This document shows positions 29,942-37,261 of a stretch of DNA of 64,000 nt, piece after piece. Below the pieces are notes generated by a model. The model made no database searches. It was not told the DNA's origin and was given only the letters and a program-made list of their open reading frames with translations. Each line of letters opens with the position of its first letter. Position 1 is the stretch's first letter. The position numbers were made by a program, and so were the translations under genes. This DNA comes from Candidatus Levybacteria bacterium CG2_30_37_29 (GTDB lineage: Bacteria; Patescibacteriota; Microgenomatia; Levybacterales; GWA1-39-11), in NCBI GenBank assembly GCA_001873215.1, contig MNYS01000008.1, positions 2,657 through 66,656 of the forward strand. The letters are read 5' to 3'.

Positions 29942-30196
29942 CTATGTTTTTAAACTCATTACTAATTTTAATTTTCTTTCTCTTGGCCAACTTTTAATTT
30001 CCATTTCGCGTTTCAATGCCTGTGACTTTGTTTTATATTCTTCTGAATGAACTAATTCAACAGGCAACTTACCTTTTATTGATTTTGCGCCCTGCTTTCC
30101 AAAATTATGTTGCCACAATCTGTTTTTTATATTTAATGTATATCCTGTATAAAAAGAGCCGTCACTACATTCGACAATATAAACATAATGCTTCAT
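29942..30196 (-). CDS. small GIY-YIG nuclease-family protein (YhbQ/UPF0213-like)
   Basis: The YVYIVECSDGSFYTGYT…RLWQHN…GAK catalytic motif set fills essentially the whole 84 aa. Confidence 0.75.
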   Translation of the reverse strand: MKHYVYIVECSDGSFYTGYTLNIKNRLWQHNFGKQGAKSIKGKLPVELVHSEEYKTKSQALKREMEIKSWPRERKLKLVMSLKT

Positions 30197-30232
30197 TGTT
30201 CTATCTTAGTTATAAGCTCTGCGAAAATCTAG

Positions 30233-30324
30233 CGTGCCAATTTCAACCTGCCTGAACATAGACTGTGCCACATACGAACAACGTGAGTACGTGGCACTGA
30301 AATTTTAGTAAAAATTTCAGTGCC
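30233..30324. repeat. tRNA 3'-flank repeat with two hairpins
   Basis: The 43-nt core at 30241-30283 is identical to 30584-30626. It is followed by the GGCACTGAAATTTT-agta-AAAATTTCAGTGCC hairpin, whose 3' arm overlaps the tRNA-Phe 3' end. Related to 6058-6114. Confidence 0.6.
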
Positions 30325-30393
30325 GAGACCAAGAATTGCACTCGGATAGCCTGTTCTTCAGACAGGTGCCTTGACTACCTCGGCCATCTCGGC
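30321..30393 (-). tRNA. tRNA-Phe(GAA)-like
   Basis: GCCGAGA/UCUCGGC acceptor and anticodon loop CUGAAGA. The D-stem is 3 bp with a Ser/Leu-like D-loop (GAGGUAGUCAA), and the T-loop UGCAAUU is non-canonical. Discriminator A. Confidence 0.55.
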
Positions 30394-30403
30394 AAAAAAA
30401 TAC

Positions 30404-30454
30404 TATATTCGATTGCGAATTCAATGCAATCTCAGACAGTGATTGCATTATATC
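30404..30454. repeat. 51-nt IS-target/IS-end-like repeat (intact copy)
   Basis: TATATTCGATTGCGAATTCAATGCAATCTCAGACAGTGATTGCATTATATC. The first 31 nt are 29/31 identical to 47105-47135, and the tail matches 48255-48271. Confidence 0.55.
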
Positions 30455-30461
30455 AAATGTG

Positions 30462-30534
30462 TGGGCGGTGCAAGACTTGAACTCGCGACATCTTCGGTGT
30501 AAACGAAGCGCTCTACCAGCTGAGCTAACCGCCC
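30462..30534 (-). tRNA. tRNA-Val(TAC)
   Basis: GGGCGGU acceptor, anticodon loop UUUACAC, GCGAGUUCAAGUCUUGC T-arm. Confidence 0.85.
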
Positions 30535-30583
30535 TTTAAACTTTCCTTAGCACAAACCAACATTTGAACAAACCATGTGTTAG

Positions 30584-30626
30584 TTTCAACCTGCCTGAAC
30601 ATAGACTGTGCCACATACGAACAACG
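30584..30626. repeat. tRNA 3'-flank repeat core (second copy)
   Basis: 43/43 nt identical to 30241-30283, ending 10 nt before the tRNA-Leu(GAG) 3' end. Confidence 0.6.
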
Positions 30627-30635
30627 GGAGAAATG

Positions 30636-30722
30636 TGCCGAGGACAGGACTTGAACCTGCACGTCTTATTTAAGGACACAAGAACCTCAATCTTGCGTGT
30701 ATACCAATTTCACCACCTCGGC
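30636..30722 (-). tRNA. tRNA-Leu(GAG), long variable arm
   Basis: GCCGAGG acceptor, anticodon loop UUGAGGU, 17-nt variable arm, GCAGGUUCAAGUCCUGU T-arm. Confidence 0.8.
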
Positions 30723-30776
30723 AAGCTTCGGCGCAAACACCCAACTTGTACAGTTAGTATTTTACCAAACATAGTC

Positions 30777-31757
30777 ATGTTAAAACAAGAACACATTGCT
30801 ATAATGTTTTTAATGGATGTTATTTTTATATTTTTTACAATTCTTGGTCTATCTCTTTTTGAAATAATTACAAGCATTGACAATGCAATTATTAATGCTG
30901 AAGTGCTCGGAGGAATGAGCAATAGAGCAAAAAAATGGTTTTTGACATGGGGAATAGTATCATCTATTTTCATTGTCAGAGGAGTCTTACCCTTTCTTAT
31001 TCTTTATGCAACCGTTCCACAACTTGGTGTTGTAAATACCATAACCGCAGCTTTTTCATCAGATCCCAATATTGCTGAAACCATAAAAGAATCATCTCAT
31101 GTTCTGCTTATTGCAGGGGGGGTCTTTTTAATTTTTCTTTTTTTTCACTGGCTTTTCTTAGAACCTAAAAATTTTGGCCTTAGGGGCGAAAGGTTTTTCC
31201 ATTCAAAAGGTGTTTGGTTTTATGCAATCGTATCAATACTTTTAACAGTAATTGTGTGGTTTGCATTCAAACAAAACAATCCATTGCTTCAGTTTGGCGC
31301 CGTTGTAGGATCTACAATGTTTTTTATAATTCATGGATTCAAAGGATATGCAGAAGAGCAGGAAAAAAAACTTTTATCGGTTGGCGTATCTGATTTTGCA
31401 AAAATTGCATACCTTGAAATACTGGACGCAAGCTTTTCAATTGATGGAGTAATCGGGGCTTTTGCATTTACCTTTGCAATTCCTCTTATACTTATAGGGA
31501 ATGGCTTAGGAGCAATCGTATTGAGGCAAATAACAATTAGCAATATAGAACGGATAAAAAAATATAAATACCTAAAAAACGGAGCAATGTATTCGATTTT
31601 AATACTTGGTATTGTAATGCTTTTGCATAGCTTTAGAATTGAGATTCCTGAATGGTTATCACCCGTTGCAACATTTGCAATTGTTGGTTACTTTTTTTAC
31701 AAGTCAAATATTGACCTTAAAACAATTACTGACTTATCTGAACCAAATAAAAAGTAG
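30777..31757 (+). CDS. TerC/DUF475-family integral membrane protein
   Basis: SIDNAIINAEV motif and ~8 TM segments. The track ORF starts earlier (TTG at 30564), inside the tRNA genes. Trimmed here to the first ATG past them. Confidence 0.55.
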   Translation: MLKQEHIAIMFLMDVIFIFFTILGLSLFEIITSIDNAIINAEVLGGMSNRAKKWFLTWGIVSSIFIVRGVLPFLILYATVPQLGVVNTITAAFSSDPNIAETIKESSHVLLIAGGVFLIFLFFHWLFLEPKNFGLRGERFFHSKGVWFYAIVSILLTVIVWFAFKQNNPLLQFGAVVGSTMFFIIHGFKGYAEEQEKKLLSVGVSDFAKIAYLEILDASFSIDGVIGAFAFTFAIPLILIGNGLGAIVLRQITISNIERIKKYKYLKNGAMYSILILGIVMLLHSFRIEIPEWLSPVATFAIVGYFFYKSNIDLKTITDLSEPNKK

Positions 31758-31782
31758 AGAAGTCCCACTTCATTTTTCAAAG

Positions 31783-31874
31783 TGCCCGAGAGAGGACTCG
31801 AACCCTGCCTGCCGGCAGGCAGGCTCCACACCATTGCTGGTACAGCGTTCTGAACGCTGCTTGTCTACCTGCCA
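31783..31874 (-). pseudogene. tRNA-Leu(CAG) 3' three-quarter fragment with a 20-nt palindrome in the T-stem
   Basis: D-arm, CAGCG-UUCAGAA-CGCUG anticodon arm, long variable arm and CUCGGGC-A acceptor 3' strand are all present. Removing CCTGCCTGCCGGCAGGCAGG (31804-31823) restores a GGAGG/CCUCU T-stem. There is no matching 5' acceptor strand locally. Confidence 0.6.
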
Positions 31875-31881
31875 AAGCATG

Positions 31882-31962
31882 TGCCAGGAGGGGGACTCGA
31901 ACCCCCACATCTTGCGATACACGGTTCTGAACCGTGCTTGTCTACCATTTCAACATCCTGGC
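31882..31962 (-). tRNA. tRNA-Leu(CAG), intact
   Basis: GCCAGGA/UCCUGGC acceptor, anticodon loop UUCAGAA, 13-nt variable arm, GGGGGUUCGAGUCCCCC T-arm. Begins 4 nt after the GIY-YIG stop. Confidence 0.8.
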
Positions 31963-31966
31963 TTAT

Positions 31967-32212
31967 TTATGTTGCGCTATTTATCTCTTGTATTATCTCA
32001 CGACCAAACCCTGATTTAAAGAACTTCTCGAGTTTAATTGCGTCCCCTAGCGACACACAGATTTCTACATGAATAAGCTTAAATGGTGCTAAATGTTTTA
32101 TGGAAGCTGTTTTATTATTGTTGTGTTCGGAAAGTCTTCTTAAGATATTATTCGTATAACCTTTATAAAAAACGTCCTTTTTTTGACTTTTAATAACATA
32201 TACGTAATACAT
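31967..32212 (-). CDS. small GIY-YIG nuclease-family protein (second copy)
   Basis: The YVYVIKSQKKDVFYKGYT…RRLSEHN motif set fills essentially the whole 81 aa. The start ATG directly abuts the tRNA 5' fragment. Confidence 0.75.
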   Translation of the reverse strand: MYYVYVIKSQKKDVFYKGYTNNILRRLSEHNNNKTASIKHLAPFKLIHVEICVSLGDAIKLEKFFKSGFGREIIQEINSAT

Positions 32213-32213
32213 A

Positions 32214-32261
32214 TGCGTGTCTACCCCTGCCTGCCGGCAGGCAGGATTCCAACACTCGGGC
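32214..32261 (-). repeat. tRNA 5' fragment (acceptor plus D-arm) with palindrome in the D-loop
   Basis: GCCCGAG-UG-UUG-GAAUCC[UGCCUGCCGGCAGGCAGG]GGUAGA-CAC-GCAU. The acceptor strand is the exact complement of the 3' strand of the fragment at 31783. Near-identical to the plus-strand unit at 33727-33773. Confidence 0.6.
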
Positions 32262-32291
32262 TCATACGTATTGTACCAATACTAATTTTTC

Positions 32292-32324
32292 TTGACAAGA
32301 AATAGCAATTTATGTAATTATAAT
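32292..32324 (+). promoter_or_regulatory. putative promoter
   Basis: TTGACA at 32292 with TAATTA/TATAAT about 17-21 nt downstream. The ATG at 32332 is very close, suggesting a short leader or leaderless transcript. Confidence 0.3.
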
Positions 32325-32331
32325 GTATTAA

Positions 32332-32925
32332 ATGAAAAAGCTTGTTCTGCTCGCAAGTTACTCGATTTTTATGCCGATTTTTTTACTCGCCTTAATTATA
32401 TATTCCATGTCGCTTACCAAAGTGGCTGTCGCAAATTTTAACGACGCAAACACAGAGGTTTTGGGTACAGAAACAGCATCATCTCATCTCATTTCCAATA
32501 ATACAAATAGGGATATTATTGCTGCATCCGGTGAAAAAGGGCGTACTACAATTTTGAAAGAATTTTTGAACAAATATAATTCGCCTCTTTTACCATACGC
32601 GGTGCACATTGTTTCTGCGGCAGACTTTTACGGAATTGACTACCGTCTTCTTCCGGCAATTGCACTTCAAGAAAGCACGCTTTGCAAAAAAATTCCAAAA
32701 GAATCTTATAATTGTTGGGGATTTGGAATTTATGGAGGAAATGTTACACGATTTACAAGTTATGAGGATGCAATAGAAACAATTTCAAAAACTTTGGCAA
32801 AAGAATACAAAGCAAAAGGCCTTGAACATCCGACAGAAATAATGACAAAATACACGCCGCAAAGCAATGGAAGCTGGGCGAAAAATGTAAGCTACATAAT
32901 GGACAGAATAAGCCCCTCGCTTTAG
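32332..32925 (+). CDS. membrane-anchored secreted protein, possible peptidoglycan-hydrolase (lytic transglycosylase/lysozyme-like) domain
   Basis: TM anchor. Central LLPAIALQESTL…CWGFGIYGG region paralogous to the gene at 33137-33685. Confidence 0.35.
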   Translation: MKKLVLLASYSIFMPIFLLALIIYSMSLTKVAVANFNDANTEVLGTETASSHLISNNTNRDIIAASGEKGRTTILKEFLNKYNSPLLPYAVHIVSAADFYGIDYRLLPAIALQESTLCKKIPKESYNCWGFGIYGGNVTRFTSYEDAIETISKTLAKEYKAKGLEHPTEIMTKYTPQSNGSWAKNVSYIMDRISPSL

Positions 32926-33136
32926 GTATTTCTTAAACTTCAATCTACTTTAAGGTGATTTTGAACATTTTTGTGCATAAAACTACATATTATGGCCTGT
33001 AGTAAAGTACTTGACAAACCTATAGTTCTATGATAAGATACTGATTAGATCCTAAGGTAGCCCAAAACTACTTTAGGATTTTTTAATGGTTTGAGTAATC
33101 CTCAAGTTTCTATTTGTCATAGGCACTTGAATAATT

Positions 33137-33685
33137 ATGAAAACTACAAAAACTTTTTTAATCCTTGTAGCACTTCTTATTGCTACACTTACATTTTCCA
33201 AAAATGCATACGCGGAAGGTACTGCTGTACCCTCAGCAAAGCTTTTGTCATTTGACAGCTCAAAAATCATTGAAAAGGACGTACGCAGTATTGCAATTGA
33301 AAATATTTTCAAAAAATACAATTCTCCACTTCTAGGCCTTGGCGCAACTTATGTAAAATACGCTGATAAATACGGCGTGGACTGGAAGCTTTTACCTTCA
33401 ATATCAGGGCTTGAATCAAGCTTTGGACAATTTCTTATGCCCGGCTCTTATAATGGTTACGGATGGGGCGGAGGCTACATATATTTTGAAAGTTGGGAAG
33501 ACGGAATTGACATAATTAACAAAACTTTGCGCGGCAACTACATGGATAAATGGGGCGCAACCGACGTTTGGAGTATTGGTCCTATTTATGCAGAGTCAAA
33601 AACATGGTCTGTGAGGGTAAACGGCTTTATGAATGAAATCGAAGCAGAATACAAATCTCTTCTCGCAGTCACCCCCACAATCTAA
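33137..33685 (+). CDS. paralogue of 32332-32925
   Basis: Shares NSPLL…YGVDWKLLPSISGLESSFGQ…GYGWGG with the upstream gene. Confidence 0.35.
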   Translation: MKTTKTFLILVALLIATLTFSKNAYAEGTAVPSAKLLSFDSSKIIEKDVRSIAIENIFKKYNSPLLGLGATYVKYADKYGVDWKLLPSISGLESSFGQFLMPGSYNGYGWGGGYIYFESWEDGIDIINKTLRGNYMDKWGATDVWSIGPIYAESKTWSVRVNGFMNEIEAEYKSLLAVTPTI

Positions 33686-33726
33686 CTCTTTTTCCAAAGC
33701 TGGTTAAACTGTATAATACCTTTATT

Positions 33727-33773
33727 GCCCGGGTGGTGAAATTCTGCCTGCCGGCAGGCAGGAGTATACACGC
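33727..33773 (+). repeat. tRNA 5' fragment with palindrome in the D-loop (plus-strand copy)
   Basis: GCCCGGG-UG-GUG-AAAUUC[UGCCUGCCGGCAGGCAGG]AGUAUA-CAC-GCAU, followed by CGCAA-GACC-UUGCG and a U-run. No 3' half is present. Confidence 0.6.
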
Positions 33774-33825
33774 ATGGTTTAAGAACTTGCTCTCAAGTTC
33801 GCAAGACCTTGCGACCTTAATTTTT

Positions 33826-33906
33826 GCGGATGTGGTGAAATGGTATACACGATAGGTTTAGGACCTATTGCCGTAAGGCGTGGAGGTTCAAGTCCTCTCA
33901 TCCGCA
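33826..33906 (+). tRNA. tRNA-Leu(TAG), long variable arm
   Basis: GCGGAUG acceptor, anticodon loop UUUAGGA, variable arm UGCCGUAAGGCGU, GGAGGUUCAAGUCCUCU T-arm. Confidence 0.85.
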
Positions 33907-33953
33907 CAAATACAGCTTTACTTATAGGCTCATTTCCAGTATAATATCTCTCT

Positions 33954-34862
33954 ATGGCAAACGTGAAGAAAGAAAATACGGACCAAACAGCAGTTAAAAC
34001 CTATTCTACTGCAAAACCTCGAGTAATCGTAAATCGGCTTTCTGATTCATCTGTTGAAATAAAAATTGTTGTCCCGTGGGGAGACGTAGAAAAGGTTCGA
34101 AAAGAAGTAGTAGATAAGCTTGCGCAAACTGTAACCGTGCCTGGATTTAGACCCGGAAAGGCGCCAAAAAATGTTGCCTCTGCAAAAATTCCAAAAGAAA
34201 AAGTACAGGAAGAAATGCTCAAAATTATTTTAACCAATGAGTATACAAAAGCCGTAAAGGACAATGATATAAAGCCGATTATAAATCCTAAAATTCACAT
34301 AGAAGCTTTTGAGGAGGGAACCCCGCTTGAATTCGAGGCAATGACTTGTGAAGAACCAATAGTTGAATTAGGAAATTACAAAGACGCTATCAAAAAAATC
34401 ACTGCTCCTTCTAAAATTGTTTTACCCGGCAAAGACCCTTCGGCTAGCTCAGGGCAGGAGAAGATTCCGCTTGATGATGTATTAAAAGCTGCGCTTTCGG
34501 CAACAACAACAAATATTCCACACGTGTTAGTAGAACAAGAAACAAACCGACTTTTATCACAACTTCTTGACGAAATTAAAAGGCTTGGAGTAAGTCTTGA
34601 CCAATATCTTGCATCACGCAGTAAAAATTCGGATCAGCTAAGAACAGAATATGAAGAAAAGGCAAAATCTGATATAAAGCTTGAATTTATGCTAAGAAAA
34701 ATTGCCGATACCGAAAAAATTGTTGTTGAACAAAAAGATATTGAAACCGCTCTTGCAACGATTGAAGACCAGAACCAAAGAAAAGAAATAGCACAAAATC
34801 CGTATATGCTTGCAGGAATTATCCGTCAGCAAAAAACTCTTGATTTTCTTTCAAAGCTTTGA
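33954..34862 (+). CDS. tig: trigger factor (shortened form)
   Basis: N-terminal ribosome-binding motif GFRPGKAP plus a PPIase-like middle region. 302 aa, versus about 430 aa canonically. Confidence 0.6.
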   Translation: MANVKKENTDQTAVKTYSTAKPRVIVNRLSDSSVEIKIVVPWGDVEKVRKEVVDKLAQTVTVPGFRPGKAPKNVASAKIPKEKVQEEMLKIILTNEYTKAVKDNDIKPIINPKIHIEAFEEGTPLEFEAMTCEEPIVELGNYKDAIKKITAPSKIVLPGKDPSASSGQEKIPLDDVLKAALSATTTNIPHVLVEQETNRLLSQLLDEIKRLGVSLDQYLASRSKNSDQLRTEYEEKAKSDIKLEFMLRKIADTEKIVVEQKDIETALATIEDQNQRKEIAQNPYMLAGIIRQQKTLDFLSKL

Positions 34863-34925
34863 TAAAATCCTTGATTTTTAAGTCTTTAGGTATATAATAT
34901 TGGGGTAAAAAGGTTTGTTAGGAAA

Positions 34926-35558
34926 ATGAAAACTACACAAAAAAGACAAGTTAGCCAAGAATCAATTGAGGCTAAAAGAATCGACTCATCTTCTGATTTT
35001 AAAGATATTCCCAAAGGAATAACAAAGACTACATGGAATGAGTTTTTTGCAAAAATGCCCGGTGGCATTCTTGACCAAACACTAGGACTTGATAATAAAA
35101 CAGAGCAACAGCTTTTAGAAGGCGAAGAGTTTATTCTCAAGAAAAAAGAAGAGAAAAGAGTAGAGGGGGTACAAATGCACCGAGAAACTTATTTTCGACA
35201 AGTTGAAAATGCCGATTTAATGCATCAGAACAAAGAAGAATATCAAATAAGAAATCAGGTTGACCAAATAAGAATGGAGATAAAAAAACTTATTAAAACT
35301 TCAAAAATTGTTGAGGAGACTGTAAAAGGAGCAGTTGCCGAACAAGCACCTGTGAGACCGGGAAAATACCATGTATCTTTTTTTGAATTTGTACTGAACA
35401 CAATAAAAGACGCAACAAGACAGCTTGAGGATAGCGTTTCTTTTGGCTCAGTATTTCAAAATAAAAAACAACAAAAATCATATTGGAAAATGTATAAAAA
35501 ACACGGTACGACTTTCGGCCTTTCGGGTGAACGCACCACAGCCACCCAAACAGGTTAA
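34926..35558 (+). CDS. hypothetical charged protein
   Basis: ORF preceded by a promoter-like TTGATT-16-TATAAT. No family recognised. Confidence 0.3.
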   Translation: MKTTQKRQVSQESIEAKRIDSSSDFKDIPKGITKTTWNEFFAKMPGGILDQTLGLDNKTEQQLLEGEEFILKKKEEKRVEGVQMHRETYFRQVENADLMHQNKEEYQIRNQVDQIRMEIKKLIKTSKIVEETVKGAVAEQAPVRPGKYHVSFFEFVLNTIKDATRQLEDSVSFGSVFQNKKQQKSYWKMYKKHGTTFGLSGERTTATQTG

Positions 35559-35671
35559 CTTGACAACAAAAAAAGTTTTGTTATAAAATAAATCAAATGA
35601 AAAATCAAATAGTTATCATTACACGCCTTCTTCTTAGCTTGCGCTAGGGGAGGTAAATAGTGGTTATGCAC

Positions 35672-35697
35672 GGCCTCCCACACGGGAGGTTTTTTTA
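35672..35697 (+). terminator. Rho-independent terminator (repeat family copy A)
   Basis: GGCCUCCC-ACAC-GGGAGG followed by 7 U. The same module recurs at 39994-40019. Confidence 0.55.
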
Positions 35698-35828
35698 TGG
35701 GAAATTCAAGGAAACCCCGATCTATCGGGGAGGAATTGAAATGACCAAAGAGCTTCCTTCAGAGGCAAAGTCCTCCAAAAGAGGAAAGCTCTTATGGAAA
35801 TTCAAGGAAAGAGAGGAGGTGAAAAAAT

Positions 35829-36038
35829 ATGAACAAATCAGAACGAGAATATGCAGAATCAAACCATGCCAGAAACAGGATTAATTCTAGGTTTGGTGTT
35901 GATGAAACACCAAATCCTAAAGTAGGTCCAAACAGACAGATGTATGAAATCCGTCTTGAAGAAGACTTTGAAAGCGATCCAAGACTTTTTGCAACGCGAA
36001 TGGCTGAAGAAGCCGAAGGATTTAATACAAATCAATAA
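35829..36038 (+). CDS. hypothetical small protein
   Basis: 69-aa ORF with a strong RBS GGAGGTG 7 nt upstream. Confidence 0.3.
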   Translation: MNKSEREYAESNHARNRINSRFGVDETPNPKVGPNRQMYEIRLEEDFESDPRLFATRMAEEAEGFNTNQ

Positions 36039-36213
36039 GTGGAATAAAAATTCAGCAACAAACCATATAGCTTTATTATTTATAATTTGCTAGAATCAAA
36101 GCTACGTACGGGCTCATAAGATTATTAGGATAATCTTGAGTGCCCTCATTTCATTCGGGCTCATAGCCATGCCCCGCTTCGCGGGGTCAGTTGGAAATCA
36201 ACTTTTGAAAAAT

Positions 36214-36290
36214 GGACGATTAGCTCAGTTGGTTAGAGCGTTGCATTGACATTGCAAAGGTCACAGGTTCAAATCCTGTATCGTCCACCA
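36214..36290 (+). tRNA. tRNA-Val(GAC), CCA encoded
   Basis: GGACGAU/AUCGUCC acceptor, anticodon loop UUGACAU, ACAGGUUCAAAUCCUGU T-arm, then ACCA. Confidence 0.85.
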
Positions 36291-36303
36291 TTTTCCAAAA
36301 GGC

Positions 36304-36395
36304 AGAGCGTTGCATTGACACCCGCCCGCAACGCTAAAGCGTAGCTTTGCGGGCGTGGTTGCAAAGGTAATCCCGATTCAATCGGGATTGGGCCC
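36304..36395 (+). other. partial tandem copy of tRNA-Val with a 38-nt hairpin at anticodon-loop position 37/38
   Basis: AGAGCGUUGCAUUGACA (identical to tRNA positions 21-37), then a 38-nt GC-rich hairpin at 36321-36358, then UUGCAAAGG (identical to positions 38-46). A divergent T-arm UCCCG-AUUCAAU-CGGGA and UUGGGCC follow. There is no 5' acceptor or D-stem. Confidence 0.5.
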
Positions 36396-36416
36396 ACAAT
36401 TTGTTATACTAATGTT

Positions 36417-37013
36417 ATGGACGAGACTACAATTAAATCACAAACCCGTGCCGAAGCTTTCGCAAACCTCGAAACTCTGATAAAAAATCCAAATCTTATA
36501 AAACATCATTTGGCGGCTGAAGCTGCTATGCGTGAAATAGCGCTATATTTAAAGACAAAAAGCGACCTACTTATAAACGAAGATGATTGGGCAATTGTGG
36601 GTCTTTTACACGATGCGGATTATGAAATAACACATGATAAGCCTGCGCGCCATACAATAGAACTTGAAGAAAGACTTGGGAAAACATTAAAGCCTGAAAT
36701 CATGTATGCCATAAAATCCCACAATTGGAAACATAACGGGATTGAACCAAAAAGCCTTATGGATTGGGCAATTTATACTTGCGATGAGTTAACTGGGATT
36801 ATTATCGCCGCAGCTCTTATAAGCCCTGACAAAAATCTTGCAAACTTAACATCTGATTTTATTTTGAAGAGAATAAAAGAGAGATCTTTTGCAAAATCTG
36901 TTGACCGTAAACAAATTTCAGTATGCGAGGAAAAGCTTGGCATACCTCTTTCCGAGTACGTACAATTGGTTTTGGTAAGTATGCAGAAAATTGCCCCAAG
37001 TCTTGGATTATAA
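36417..37013 (+). CDS. HD-domain phosphohydrolase
   Basis: H…HD metal-binding motif (GLLHDADYE). Confidence 0.6.
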   Translation: MDETTIKSQTRAEAFANLETLIKNPNLIKHHLAAEAAMREIALYLKTKSDLLINEDDWAIVGLLHDADYEITHDKPARHTIELEERLGKTLKPEIMYAIKSHNWKHNGIEPKSLMDWAIYTCDELTGIIIAAALISPDKNLANLTSDFILKRIKERSFAKSVDRKQISVCEEKLGIPLSEYVQLVLVSMQKIAPSLGL

Positions 37014-37021
37014 GAAAAAAA

Positions 37022-37246
37022 ATGGAAACAAAACACGACAACATAAATAAACCTCTTAAAAGAATATTCATAAATAACTTTGTAGGAGGAATAGCTTGGG
37101 GTCTCGGAGCAACAGTTGGCGCCGGAATACTTTTGGCATTTTTCGGATTTCTCCTTTCACAAATAAATCTTATACCTGTAATTGGTGTATTTGTGTCTGA
37201 TATATTTAAATTTGTTGTATATAATAACCCAAATCTGATAAAATGA
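37022..37246 (+). CDS. small membrane protein
   Basis: ATG at 37022, within the longer track ORF. Two TM helices. Confidence 0.35.
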   Translation: METKHDNINKPLKRIFINNFVGGIAWGLGATVGAGILLAFFGFLLSQINLIPVIGVFVSDIFKFVVYNNPNLIK

Positions 37247-37261
37247 TAGCCTCAAACCGAT

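Noticed and set aside
31639-32072. ORFs 31639..32019 and 31881..32072
   Set aside because: They are read across the two tRNA-Leu(CAG) sequences on the opposite strand. Spurious.
33073-33321. ORF 33073..33321(-)
   Set aside because: Antisense to the signal-peptide region of the 33137 gene.
33727-33825. Complete tRNA starting at 33727
   Set aside because: After the D-arm the sequence cannot form an anticodon or T-arm. It ends in a terminator-like hairpin.
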